The notes under the pieces were generated by a model. The model was given only the letters and a program-made list of their open reading frames with translations, searched no databases and was not told where the DNA came from. From the NCBI GenBank assembly GCA_047602745.1, contig JBLKOJ010000002.1, positions 2,211 to 66,210 on the forward strand: DNA of 64,000 nt, written 5' to 3'. The DNA comes from Candidatus Woesearchaeota archaeon (lineage in GTDB: Archaea > Nanobdellota > Nanobdellia > Woesearchaeales > UBA583). Shown in pieces: positions 49,109-57,994 of the stretch (position 1 is the stretch's first letter; each line of letters starts with the position of its first letter). The translations under genes and the position numbers were made by a program.

Positions 49109-49288
49109 TTACTCTAATTCTCTTTCTAATTCTTCAAGCGTTAGAAACTCTCCATTTTTCATTTCTTGTTCAATTCTTTTTATTTCATCGTATTCATCTT
49201 TTGTAGAAGTGTAAAAACCTTCAAAATTATCAATTTTTGACTCTATTCTTTTTAGTGTTTGTAAAATTTCTTTTTCAATAACTTCCAA
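49109..49288 (-). CDS. Small acidic ORF (59 aa, TTG start) upstream of the relE-like remnant; possible antitoxin
   Basis: Hand translation (L)EVIEKEILQTLKRIESKIDNFEGFYTSTKDEYDEIKRIEQEMKNGEFLTLEELERELE. Its stop lies immediately upstream of the toxin remnant, whose reading frame overlaps the last base of the stop codon. Confidence 0.35.
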   Translation of the reverse strand: MEVIEKEILQTLKRIESKIDNFEGFYTSTKDEYDEIKRIEQEMKNGEFLTLEELERELE

Positions 49289-49343
49289 ATATACTATATT
49301 ATATAGAAATATATAAATATTTCTCTTAAAAATAAGTAAGAAT

Positions 49344-49836
49344 ATGAGTTTATCAGTGGAATTGATGGAGATGAAAGTTGGATACTAGATGAAAATGGTT
49401 CAAACAGCTTTGATAGTTATGCTACAACCTTTGATGCTATAATCTTAGGAAGAAATACCTTTAATAGAAATTTAGGGACAGTATATCCAGTAAAAGATAC
49501 AAAAAATATAGTTATGACTTCTAGTTCCATTGACTCATATAAATATAAGGAAGAATTTGAATTTAAAATAAAAATCCAAAAGAATTAATTGAAGAATTGA
49601 AAAGTAGAGATTATAAAAATATAATGATTGTTAGAGGAGCCAAAATTTATGAGACATTTTTAAGAGAAAAATTAGTAGATGAAATATTAATTGCTCTACA
49701 TCCAAATATTTTAGGAGGTGGTATTTCTTTAACTTCAAATTTAAGTAATAAGATTAATCCTAAGGAAATAAATTGCGAAGATTCAGAAGAAGGGTTTAAA
49801 CTTATTAGATATAAAATTAAATATCAAAAAAAATGA
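49344..49836 (+). pseudogene. RibD C-terminal domain / dihydrofolate-reductase-like gene remnant (frameshifted, N-terminus degraded)
   Basis: One frame from 49346 reads EFISGIDGDESWILDENG...FDAIILGRNTFNR...KNIVMTSS, then stops at 49588. A second frame, open from 49567, reads PKELIEELKSRDYKNIMIVRGAKIYETFLREKLVDEILIALHPNILGGG. Together these form the RibD_C pattern. Confidence 0.6.
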
Positions 49837-49985
49837 CGCCCTTAACACTAACCCAAAAGTATCATCGCTAGTTTATAACAGAGTACCTCCTCTTAGGATT
49901 CTCTTGTGAAGGACTGTACCCAACAGATTCGCAATAAATATGAAGGGGAATAATTGCTGTAATTATTAATTAATAGTTTTAAAAA

Positions 49986-50324
49986 TTAGTTCTGTGAAAT
50001 TGAAGAAATTAGCTCTTCAAGTTCTCCATCATTATACATCTCATTGATAATATCAAATCCCCCCACAAATTCATGATTTATAAAAATTTGTGGATATGTT
50101 GGCCAATCATTATACTCTTTTAAGGCTTCATACAATGTTTGATCTTTCCAAACATTAACAACTTTAAAACTTATATTATACTTTTGCTCTAATTCTTCAA
50201 ATAGTAATAATACTTGAGATGAAAATCCACACATAGCTGACCCTTTTTCTCCTTTTAAAAATAACACTACGTTATTCTTATCAATTAAATCTTGAATTTC
50301 TTGAATTACATTTCTATTACTCAT
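49986..50324 (-). CDS. Monothiol glutaredoxin (CGFS type, Grx4 family)
   Basis: VVLFLKGEKGSAMCGFSSQV (CGFS active site) and WPTYPQIFINHEFVGGFDI. Confidence 0.85.
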   Translation of the reverse strand: MSNRNVIQEIQDLIDKNNVVLFLKGEKGSAMCGFSSQVLLLFEELEQKYNISFKVVNVWKDQTLYEALKEYNDWPTYPQIFINHEFVGGFDIINEMYNDGELEELISSISQN

Positions 50325-50387
50325 TTTTTTTATTTGTATTATTTACTCTATAGCACATTATGATTTATAAATATTTAAGTAGTTTTG

Positions 50388-50630
50388 CTAATTACTCTTA
50401 ATCTTAGTTTTAAGTTCAATAGCATGTAAACTTTGTCCACATTTATTAAATTTATTTCCAAGTGCTTTATATACTGCTTTATGCTGTTCAATTTTACTCA
50501 TCCCCCAAAAATGTTCACTCTCTATTTCAATTTTAAAATGAACATCATCTCCTCTTGGGTTTGAAATTTCAATAATTGAATGGGGTAATGCTTCAAGTAA
50601 TTGATTTTTAATTTCTTCATTTGAAACCAT
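50388..50630 (-). CDS. bolA: BolA family protein
   Basis: 80 aa. HFKIEIESEHFWGMSKIEQHKAVYKAL...LHAIELKT fits the BolA pattern (F.G...v.rHr.Vy..L...iHAl.l.T). Confidence 0.8.
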   Translation of the reverse strand: MVSNEEIKNQLLEALPHSIIEISNPRGDDVHFKIEIESEHFWGMSKIEQHKAVYKALGNKFNKCGQSLHAIELKTKIKSN

Positions 50631-50739
50631 ATTAATATATAATATTTTTATATTTAATAATTTAATGTACTTTTATGTAAAATACAAGTTTATAAATACA
50701 CTTATACCATATACATCATAATTAATCCATTTATTAAAT

Positions 50740-51183
50740 ATGACCATCATAAATCCTCCACCTCCTATTCCTCCTAATAAACCTGTTGAGTTGAATCCTC
50801 TAACTAATACTAAAGAGAAAATTGCAAAACAAATTGCTCAAGAAGCTAGAAATTCTATTAGTTCATATTGTATAAACGTTTGTGGTGCTAAATGTTGTAA
50901 AGTTGGGAAGTTACTTCTACAATCAAATGAAGAGGTTGAAACTATTGCAGGAGTTGAAAACATTGGTAAATATCTTGAAAACAAAACATTTGAAAAAACT
51001 CAAAATGGATTTATGACATATAATGTAGAAAAAGAGCCCTGTAGACATTTAAAAGAAAAGGTCCTCTGCTCAATTCACAAATCTGATAAAAAACCTATTA
51101 TTTGTAATGACTACCCACTTTTTTTAACCAAACGATATATTATTGCATCTGAGCAGTGTCCAGCAGTAGTAAATGAAAAATAG
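50740..51183 (+). CDS. YkgJ-like cysteine-cluster protein (putative zinc/iron-chelating domain)
   Basis: CINVCGAKCC, PCRHL, CSIH and PIICNDYP are similar to the CxxCGxCC cluster family. Confidence 0.55.
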   Translation: MTIINPPPPIPPNKPVELNPLTNTKEKIAKQIAQEARNSISSYCINVCGAKCCKVGKLLLQSNEEVETIAGVENIGKYLENKTFEKTQNGFMTYNVEKEPCRHLKEKVLCSIHKSDKKPIICNDYPLFLTKRYIIASEQCPAVVNEK

Positions 51184-51257
51184 AATCATATATTAAAAAA
51201 ATCAAAGAATTAGGATACAAAGAGTTTTAATATTTTTAAGTATAATAAATTAATATA

Positions 51258-51926
51258 ATGACTTCATCAAAAATTATCTTTAAAAATTACATTCAATTAC
51301 TTATATACATTCTAATTTCTTTAAGTATTATTTTTATTATCTCATTTACGTTAATTCTTCCTATCTTTCTAAATTTTACAATTCAACATTCTTTAAGTTC
51401 TTTTACTCTTGAGCATAATATTCAAGACTCTATTTTTACTCATTTAAATGAAAGTGATATTAAAAAAGCTCAACAACAAATTATTAATTATTACATATTT
51501 AATGAAGAATTATCAACTGAGATTTTTTCAGATTTTGAAATTACTCATTATGAAGATGTTAAACAAATTCTTCTGGTATCAAGTATAGTATATCTCTTAT
51601 TTTTGATAATGTTAGTATATACATTATTATTTCAAAAATCTCTTATTAGTAGAAATAACATATTAAAAATATCTAAAATTAGTTTAATTATTCTCCTCTT
51701 ATGCATCCCTTGTATTATATTCTTTGAATATTTTTGGAGAAATATTTTTCATTCCCTATTATTTCAAGAAGGAACATTTCAAATCCTTCAACCTCAATAT
51801 ATATCATACTATATTTATAATGAACAATTTTTCTTAATAATAGTAGGAGGAATTCTAATTCTCCAAATATTATTATTTTGCATAATTTTACTTTATTTAA
51901 AATATACTAAAAAACATAAATACTAA
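51258..51926 (+). CDS. Integral membrane protein (possibly TIGR01906/DUF1461-like)
   Basis: Four or five hydrophobic segments. EITHYEDVKQIL resembles the E..H..DVk.lf motif of that family. Weak. Confidence 0.45.
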   Translation: MTSSKIIFKNYIQLLIYILISLSIIFIISFTLILPIFLNFTIQHSLSSFTLEHNIQDSIFTHLNESDIKKAQQQIINYYIFNEELSTEIFSDFEITHYEDVKQILLVSSIVYLLFLIMLVYTLLFQKSLISRNNILKISKISLIILLLCIPCIIFFEYFWRNIFHSLLFQEGTFQILQPQYISYYIYNEQFFLIIVGGILILQILLFCIILLYLKYTKKHKY

Positions 51927-51931
51927 TACAC

Positions 51932-52570
51932 TTATTTTATTATATAATTTATATCATCAAGAGAATCAACTAAATATGTTGGTTCAAAATTTTTTAAGAG
52001 TTCTTTAGAGTTATAACCATATGTTACTGCTACAATATCAATTCCAATTTTTTGACAAGCCAAAATATCTCTTACTTCATCTCCAACATATAAAACCTCA
52101 TCTGATTTTAAAGAATATTTTTTTAAAATTTTATTTATAGTTTTATCTTTTTTGAATAAAGAAGTTGATGTGTAAACAAAATCAAACTTATCAAGTAAAT
52201 TAAATATATTTAAATAATAATTAATATTTTTTTTAGAATTTGAAGTTACTAATCCTATTTTAAGTTTTTTATTTTGTAAGCTTTCTAGTACTTTTTGGGA
52301 GTTTGGAAATACTTTTGAAAATTCTAATCGTTTAGATAAATCTCTTTTTAACTTGAAAACAATTATTGGAATTAAAATTTTAGGAATTTTATATTTTTTA
52401 ATAATTTCAAACAAAGATATTGTTCTAAGTTCTTGTGCTATGTCTTCTTGTGAGAGTTTTACTCTTGTAAATTTTCTCATATTATTATAAATACATTCAA
52501 CTACAAAATCAAAAGAATCACCAATTACTCCATCAAAATCAAAGAGAATTAATTTATATTTTTTAACCAT
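51932..52570 (-). CDS. HAD-superfamily hydrolase (phosphoglycolate phosphatase-like, subfamily IA)
   Basis: LILFDFDGVIGDS (motif I), VTSNS (motif II), and VGDEVRDILACQKIG (motif IV). Confidence 0.8.
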   Translation of the reverse strand: MVKKYKLILFDFDGVIGDSFDFVVECIYNNMRKFTRVKLSQEDIAQELRTISLFEIIKKYKIPKILIPIIVFKLKRDLSKRLEFSKVFPNSQKVLESLQNKKLKIGLVTSNSKKNINYYLNIFNLLDKFDFVYTSTSLFKKDKTINKILKKYSLKSDEVLYVGDEVRDILACQKIGIDIVAVTYGYNSKELLKNFEPTYLVDSLDDINYIIK

Positions 52571-53006
52571 AATATGCAGTACTTATTTATTTATTTAAAT
52601 TTTATTACCAATCCTTATCATAAACCTCTATAAAATCATATGATTTATGTAAGTATATTAAAATATATTCCCCTGCATCTACTCTTTTTTGGGCTCTAAG
52701 TGTATTTTCTAAAAATTATAATTCTTCTTGAACGCTAAAATCTCCTTTAATAGTTTTTTTAAATCTTAGAAAATCTCAATATTAATCTTGAGAGATTGGA
52801 AGCATTTCTTCCATTTTTTATATATGAAATACAAATTTATAAATATAACTCTTTTTTTCAAATCGCTAAAAATAACAACAATTTAAAATTCTTGGAACAA
52901 CGTAACTTCGTTACTTATCAACCTAATAGAGAAAAAGAGAAAACTTCATTCTCTAATATTTATTAATATTAAATCATTTCGAATTATAAAAAAAATTTTA
53001 AAAAAA

Positions 53007-55178
53007 TTACTGATTCTCAGTAAGACCTTTTCTCTCTCTAATTCCTTTAACAATATTTTCTTGCAATTCTCTTGGTAATTGCTCAAATGTTTGTGATTTT
53101 ACAAAGAAACTCCCTTTTCCTCCCGTAGCTGAACGAATATCACCTGTCATTCCAAATGTTTCTGCAACTGGAACTTTAGCTAAAATAGTCATATTATCCT
53201 CATCAATTTGCATATCTAATACCTGACCTCTTCTATTTTGAATAACACTTGAAACATTACCCATCATATCTTGAGGACAATCTACTTGAATTACTTGTAA
53301 TGGTTCAAATAATACTGCTCCTGCTCCCCCTATCGCCTCTTTTAAACCATCTCTAATTGCAGGATATACTTGACCAGGGCCTCTGTGGATACTATCTTCG
53401 TGTAAACTTACGTCCATTAACTTTACTTTCATCCCAACACAACTCTCTCTTGCCATTGGGCCTTGTTTAACAATCTCTTCAAATCCATCTAAAACTAATT
53501 CAATTACTTCATTAAGTGCAACAATACCTCTAGTCATATCTACAAATACATTTCCATGATAGATATGTTTAATTCTCTCAGCTTCATCTTTTGAAATACC
53601 TTTTGAATGGAATAAATCCCACAATTCTCTATCTTTTTTCTTAACTCTTCCTTCTGGAACTTCACCCTCTGCAATTGCTCTTGCAAACTCATCTTCAAGT
53701 GGTTCAAGTGTCATATAGAATTTATTATGTTTGTTTGGTGATTTTCCTTCAACTTGAGGAGATAATTTAGTGACAGATTCTCTATATACAACAATAGGGG
53801 GAGAAACTCTAATCTCCATTCCTTTTTCTGATTTAATTCTATCAGTTACAACTTCTAAATGTAATTCACCCATACCTGCAATTAAAAACTCACCCGTGTC
53901 TTCATTAATAGTCACTTTAAGTGATGGGTCTTCTTTTCCAACTACTTTTAAAACCTCAATCATTTTAGGTAAGTCTGCTGGCTTTTTAGGTTCAACTGCT
54001 ACAGTTACAACGGGTTCAAAAATATGTTGAATATCCTCAAATGGAACCATCTCAGTCGTTGAAATTGTATCTCCTACTGTAATATCTTTAAGACCAGATA
54101 TTCCAACAATATTACCTGCTACTGCTGATTCAATTTGAACTCTTTGTGGTCCTTTTGAGATAAATACTTGTTGAATTCTTCCTTTAGTTCCTTTTCCTGT
54201 TACAACCTCTTGACCTTTTTTTACAGTTCCTGAAAACATTCTCCCTGTTGCAACTTCTCCTGCATGTTTATCTTGAGTAATTTTAGTAATTACAAATGCT
54301 AAATCTCCTTTAGGATCACACTCAACTAAATTTTTACCAATTCCTAAATCTGTTTCTCCTCTCCAAATTAAAGGAATTCTATATGCTTGAGCATCAACAG
54401 GGTTTGGTAAATGTTGAACAACTGAATTTAATAATACTTCATGAAGAGGAGCCATTTTAGCTAATTTTTTAACCTCTTCAGGGTCATCTTTTTCATAAAT
54501 TTCAATTACTTTTGCAAAGTTTAATCCTTTTTTCTTCATATAAGGAACTGATAGAGCCCAATTTGAATACGCTGAACCAAAACAAACTGAACCATCAGCA
54601 ACATTTACTTGCCATTTTTGTTTAAATTCAGGTGGTGCAACTTTTACAATTAATTCGTTTAAACTATTAATAATTTTAACAAATCTCTGTTGCATCATCT
54701 CAGGTGTTAATTTTAATTCTTTAATTAATCTATCAGCTTTATTAATAAATAGAATAGGTCGTACTTTCTCCTTTAATGCTTGTCTTAAAACTGTCTCTGT
54801 TTGAGGCATAATTCCTTCAACAGCACATGATAAGACTACTGCTCCATCTACTGCTCTCATTGCTCTTGTTACATCTCCTCCAAAATCTACGTGTCCAGGA
54901 GTATCAATCAAATTAATTAAAAAATCTTGGCTCTCTACATTGTGAACCATCGATACATTTGCACTATCAATTGTAATCCCTCTTGCCGCTTCATCATCAT
55001 GGAAGTCCATAAATCTTTGCTTTCCTGCAAGTTCGTCTGAAATCATTCCTGCTCCTGATAATAAATTATCTGAAAGAGTTGTCTTACCGTGATCAATATG
55101 TGCTGCAATTGCAATATTTCTAATCAATTTTGGCTTTTTCATCGCCTCCATTACTGCTTGTCCTAAATCTTTTGCCAT
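53007..55178 (-). CDS. fusA: Translation elongation factor 2 (aEF-2)
   Basis: AHIDHGKTTLSD, DTPGHVDF, NKADR and the diphthamide-loop region HEDSIHRGPGQV. 723 aa. Confidence 0.95.
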   Translation of the reverse strand: MAKDLGQAVMEAMKKPKLIRNIAIAAHIDHGKTTLSDNLLSGAGMISDELAGKQRFMDFHDDEAARGITIDSANVSMVHNVESQDFLINLIDTPGHVDFGGDVTRAMRAVDGAVVLSCAVEGIMPQTETVLRQALKEKVRPILFINKADRLIKELKLTPEMMQQRFVKIINSLNELIVKVAPPEFKQKWQVNVADGSVCFGSAYSNWALSVPYMKKKGLNFAKVIEIYEKDDPEEVKKLAKMAPLHEVLLNSVVQHLPNPVDAQAYRIPLIWRGETDLGIGKNLVECDPKGDLAFVITKITQDKHAGEVATGRMFSGTVKKGQEVVTGKGTKGRIQQVFISKGPQRVQIESAVAGNIVGISGLKDITVGDTISTTEMVPFEDIQHIFEPVVTVAVEPKKPADLPKMIEVLKVVGKEDPSLKVTINEDTGEFLIAGMGELHLEVVTDRIKSEKGMEIRVSPPIVVYRESVTKLSPQVEGKSPNKHNKFYMTLEPLEDEFARAIAEGEVPEGRVKKKDRELWDLFHSKGISKDEAERIKHIYHGNVFVDMTRGIVALNEVIELVLDGFEEIVKQGPMARESCVGMKVKLMDVSLHEDSIHRGPGQVYPAIRDGLKEAIGGAGAVLFEPLQVIQVDCPQDMMGNVSSVIQNRRGQVLDMQIDEDNMTILAKVPVAETFGMTGDIRSATGGKGSFFVKSQTFEQLPRELQENIVKGIRERKGLTENQ

Positions 55179-55327
55179 TTTTATATAGTTTATATCTTTA
55201 AAAGATATTCGTATCTGCTTAATTCCAAATATTAAGTAGTATAATTCTTACAAAGAATAAAGTGTTTATAAAATTTAGTGAAATGAGCTAATAATTAAGT
55301 AATATAATAATATCGACATAAAAAATA

Positions 55328-57388
55328 TCAATTAATTGAAAATCCAAAAATTACATCTAAAACACCTTGAGTATATGCATTCTCAATAGACTTTAGTGCT
55401 TCAATTGAATCAATTTGAGAACTAGTAAGAGGAATTGTTGCAAAAAATGAGTTTGCAAACACTACATCTACCACCTCATTTTCAAATTCATAAAATGATA
55501 ATAACTCATTATCTTCATAATATATAATTGATATATTTGCACTAAATTCATCAACTAACGGTAACTCTAAGTGATCAATAGAATCAGGATTGGAAAAATC
55601 TAAGTATCCGACATTTGAAAAATCTAAATTCTGATTTTCAATTAAAACTATTAACTCCCCTCTTGGGCTAGTTATAGTTTGACCTCTTTGAATATCATAA
55701 AATCCTATTGAACTTTTGTCTAACTCAATTTCTTTTAATTGAACGAGACATACATCAATACTTGGAATTCTCTCTCCTCTAAAATCGCCTCTTTCAATCA
55801 TTTCATTAATAGGAAATATAGAATCTTCAGGACAAACTGAGTCCATATTTAACTCCTCTGCTTGAGATAGAGTTGAAATATGTAAATAGCCTTCTTTTTG
55901 AGCTATAATTCTTCCACTTGAACAAAATGGAATTTCTGCTCTCACTCTAGATTCATCACTACTTAATTGGTTCGTTGCAACTCCTATCTCATTACACCTG
56001 ATCCCCGCACAAGAGTAGTCAACGTCTACTCCAAAAAGAGGTGTTGTTCCAATATTTGTAACTTCAAGTAACATAATATCAACTTCATATACTTCATCGT
56101 GAGGTAATGGATTACAATAATTTTGAGAATTTAAAGTAAAATCTCTTGAATCAATTAATGACCTACTAAGATCAAATTCGCTTTTTGGCTCACTAGATTC
56201 TATTTGTATTCTAATAGGAACTCTAAACACTTCAAATTCTCCAGATTCAAAACTTTCAATTTCAACTAAAATGTCATAATCCAAGTCATATACCATCGAA
56301 AATACACTCATGCAAGGCATTGGAATAAAACTATTTCCTAGTCTCAACTGAGTTGGCCTTATAAATTTTCTCTCTTCCCCATTAACTTTAAATGTTCTAA
56401 ATGTTGAGAGATTATAAATCGCATCTCCAGTTATCGAAAATCTTTTTGGAACTACAACACTTACTTCTTTTCTAGAAATATCAATGTCAGGCCTCATAAA
56501 CTCAAGTTCTTTTTGATATAAATTATCATAATATTCTCTAATACTTTCATCATAACCTAAAAATCTATTCTCAATATTTGAAGTACCTTCAAAATATAAA
56601 AAATTAAAATTCACATCATTGAGATTTAATATAGTATTTTGAATTTCACTCGCTCTAAATATTGGAGTATTACAACTAAATTGAACACCTTGAGTTGGAA
56701 CAGAAGCCCTAGGATCTGAGTAATCTTTAGCCGCAGATATCTGTTCCAAAACTAATTTTTCAAATATCTGATTTTGTAAATGTTCTTGGAAAATAGCTTT
56801 TGCAAGTTCAAAATTAGAATATAAAGCACTTGGAATTTCAAGACTTAAAGAAGAATACTCCCAACTTTCATCTTGACCTCTCATCCTAATATTTAGAGGC
56901 AAATTGATGATTGCAACAACCCTATTTGAATAAATTGTAACTTCGACACTAAATGAGTCCTCAGAGAGTCCTTCTATTTCATAAAGTTCATTTAAATTAA
57001 GAAGATTTGATGCTATACAACCAATTGATTTTTGTTTTACTTCCTCCTCAAGCTCAACTTCCATCTCTTCAAGTGTTGGAACTCTACTCCAAGAATATGT
57101 ATCAAAATCAAAGCTTTGAACTTTAGCTTGAGTCTCTAAAGGCTCTGCATTTATTCTCCCACCTTTAAATTGTAAAACTTTAACCGAATTTCTTAATTCT
57201 TCTCCTACACAAAATGTTAGAATTTCACTTATTTGTTCTTGAGACCTTGCTTGAGGTGAATGAAATAAGTCAGTTTGTGAAAAAATAAAATACATAATTC
57301 CCACTAAAACTAAAACTACTCCTATTATTATAAATAAGGTAATTTGAGACTTTTTAAAAATATTGAAAAATTTAGTAAGGCCAATCAT
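55328..57388 (-). CDS. Extracytoplasmic Cys-rich protein (686 aa) with an N-terminal hydrophobic anchor, possibly a class III (prepilin-type) signal
   Basis: The N-terminus FKKSQITLFIIIGVVLVLVGIMYFIF has K, S, Q around a candidate prepilin cleavage site. About a dozen Cys residues are spread through the rest. No family recognised. Confidence 0.55.
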   Translation of the reverse strand: MIGLTKFFNIFKKSQITLFIIIGVVLVLVGIMYFIFSQTDLFHSPQARSQEQISEILTFCVGEELRNSVKVLQFKGGRINAEPLETQAKVQSFDFDTYSWSRVPTLEEMEVELEEEVKQKSIGCIASNLLNLNELYEIEGLSEDSFSVEVTIYSNRVVAIINLPLNIRMRGQDESWEYSSLSLEIPSALYSNFELAKAIFQEHLQNQIFEKLVLEQISAAKDYSDPRASVPTQGVQFSCNTPIFRASEIQNTILNLNDVNFNFLYFEGTSNIENRFLGYDESIREYYDNLYQKELEFMRPDIDISRKEVSVVVPKRFSITGDAIYNLSTFRTFKVNGEERKFIRPTQLRLGNSFIPMPCMSVFSMVYDLDYDILVEIESFESGEFEVFRVPIRIQIESSEPKSEFDLSRSLIDSRDFTLNSQNYCNPLPHDEVYEVDIMLLEVTNIGTTPLFGVDVDYSCAGIRCNEIGVATNQLSSDESRVRAEIPFCSSGRIIAQKEGYLHISTLSQAEELNMDSVCPEDSIFPINEMIERGDFRGERIPSIDVCLVQLKEIELDKSSIGFYDIQRGQTITSPRGELIVLIENQNLDFSNVGYLDFSNPDSIDHLELPLVDEFSANISIIYYEDNELLSFYEFENEVVDVVFANSFFATIPLTSSQIDSIEALKSIENAYTQGVLDVIFGFSIN

Positions 57389-57447
57389 TTTTATTTATCT
57401 AAATTTATATTAATTTAATACATTATAAATTTTTTTAGTAATTTTTT

Positions 57448-57825
57448 TTAACAACGAGTAATATCATCGTGAACAATAGTAACCACTTCTCTTGGACAGG
57501 CAAAACCCTCCACATAAGGTTCTATTTTATATGAATTAGTAATTGGAACCCTAGTTGAAAGTGTTCTTCCTACTTCCATATCTCCTTCCAAATTTCCATT
57601 AATTCTAATTATAGTTATTCTTGCATCTCTTGAATTTAGAAAATCAAATCTTACATCAACTTCTGTAGAACATGCCCTTGTCGTGAAATCAATACTTGAA
57701 CAGCTTCTATGTTGAGGAGAATACAGATCATTTTCTAATTGTATAAAAACAACAAAAGCAATAGTTATAGAAAATAATAGAATTATTATTAAATATAATG
57801 GAGGACGTCTGATCTTTGACTTCAT
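57448..57825 (-). CDS. Small N-terminally anchored protein (125 aa, 5 Cys)
   Basis: RRPPLYLIIILLFSITIAFVVFI anchor. It lies 59 nt upstream of the 686-aa gene on the same strand. Confidence 0.45.
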   Translation of the reverse strand: MKSKIRRPPLYLIIILLFSITIAFVVFIQLENDLYSPQHRSCSSIDFTTRACSTEVDVRFDFLNSRDARITIIRINGNLEGDMEVGRTLSTRVPITNSYKIEPYVEGFACPREVVTIVHDDITRC

Positions 57826-57994
57826 TTAAGATTACATGTTTAATAAAACTTTAAATATATGTGTTAAAATTTTCAAGTAAATAAATTTCAAATAGTATCA
57901 ATACTACAGTAAATTTAACCCGAGAAAATAAAAATTAACATCTCTGCTCAATATTTAATTATACATAGGTTATAAAATATAAAATTAAGCAAGT

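Noticed and set aside
49837-49950. tRNA (possibly intron-containing), 5S rRNA, or a C/D or H/ACA sRNA assignment for the GC-rich intergenic segment.
   Set aside because: I could not build a 7-bp acceptor stem with matching D and T arms. There is no GTTCRAATC-like T-loop and no 5S loop-E or GAAGUUAAG context in the right position. Only a partial C-box-like GAUGAU is present, without a terminal CUGA D-box. It is kept only as an unclassified candidate RNA in the findings.
52600-52830. Minus-strand fragments upstream of the HAD gene (MEEMLPISQD-stop ... DFSVQEEL-stop-FLENTLRAQKRVDAGEYI...) that faintly resemble a decayed antitoxin-type small gene.
   Set aside because: Several stops occur within 70 codons and I cannot tie any motif to a named family. 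It could be another relic, but the evidence is too thin to call.
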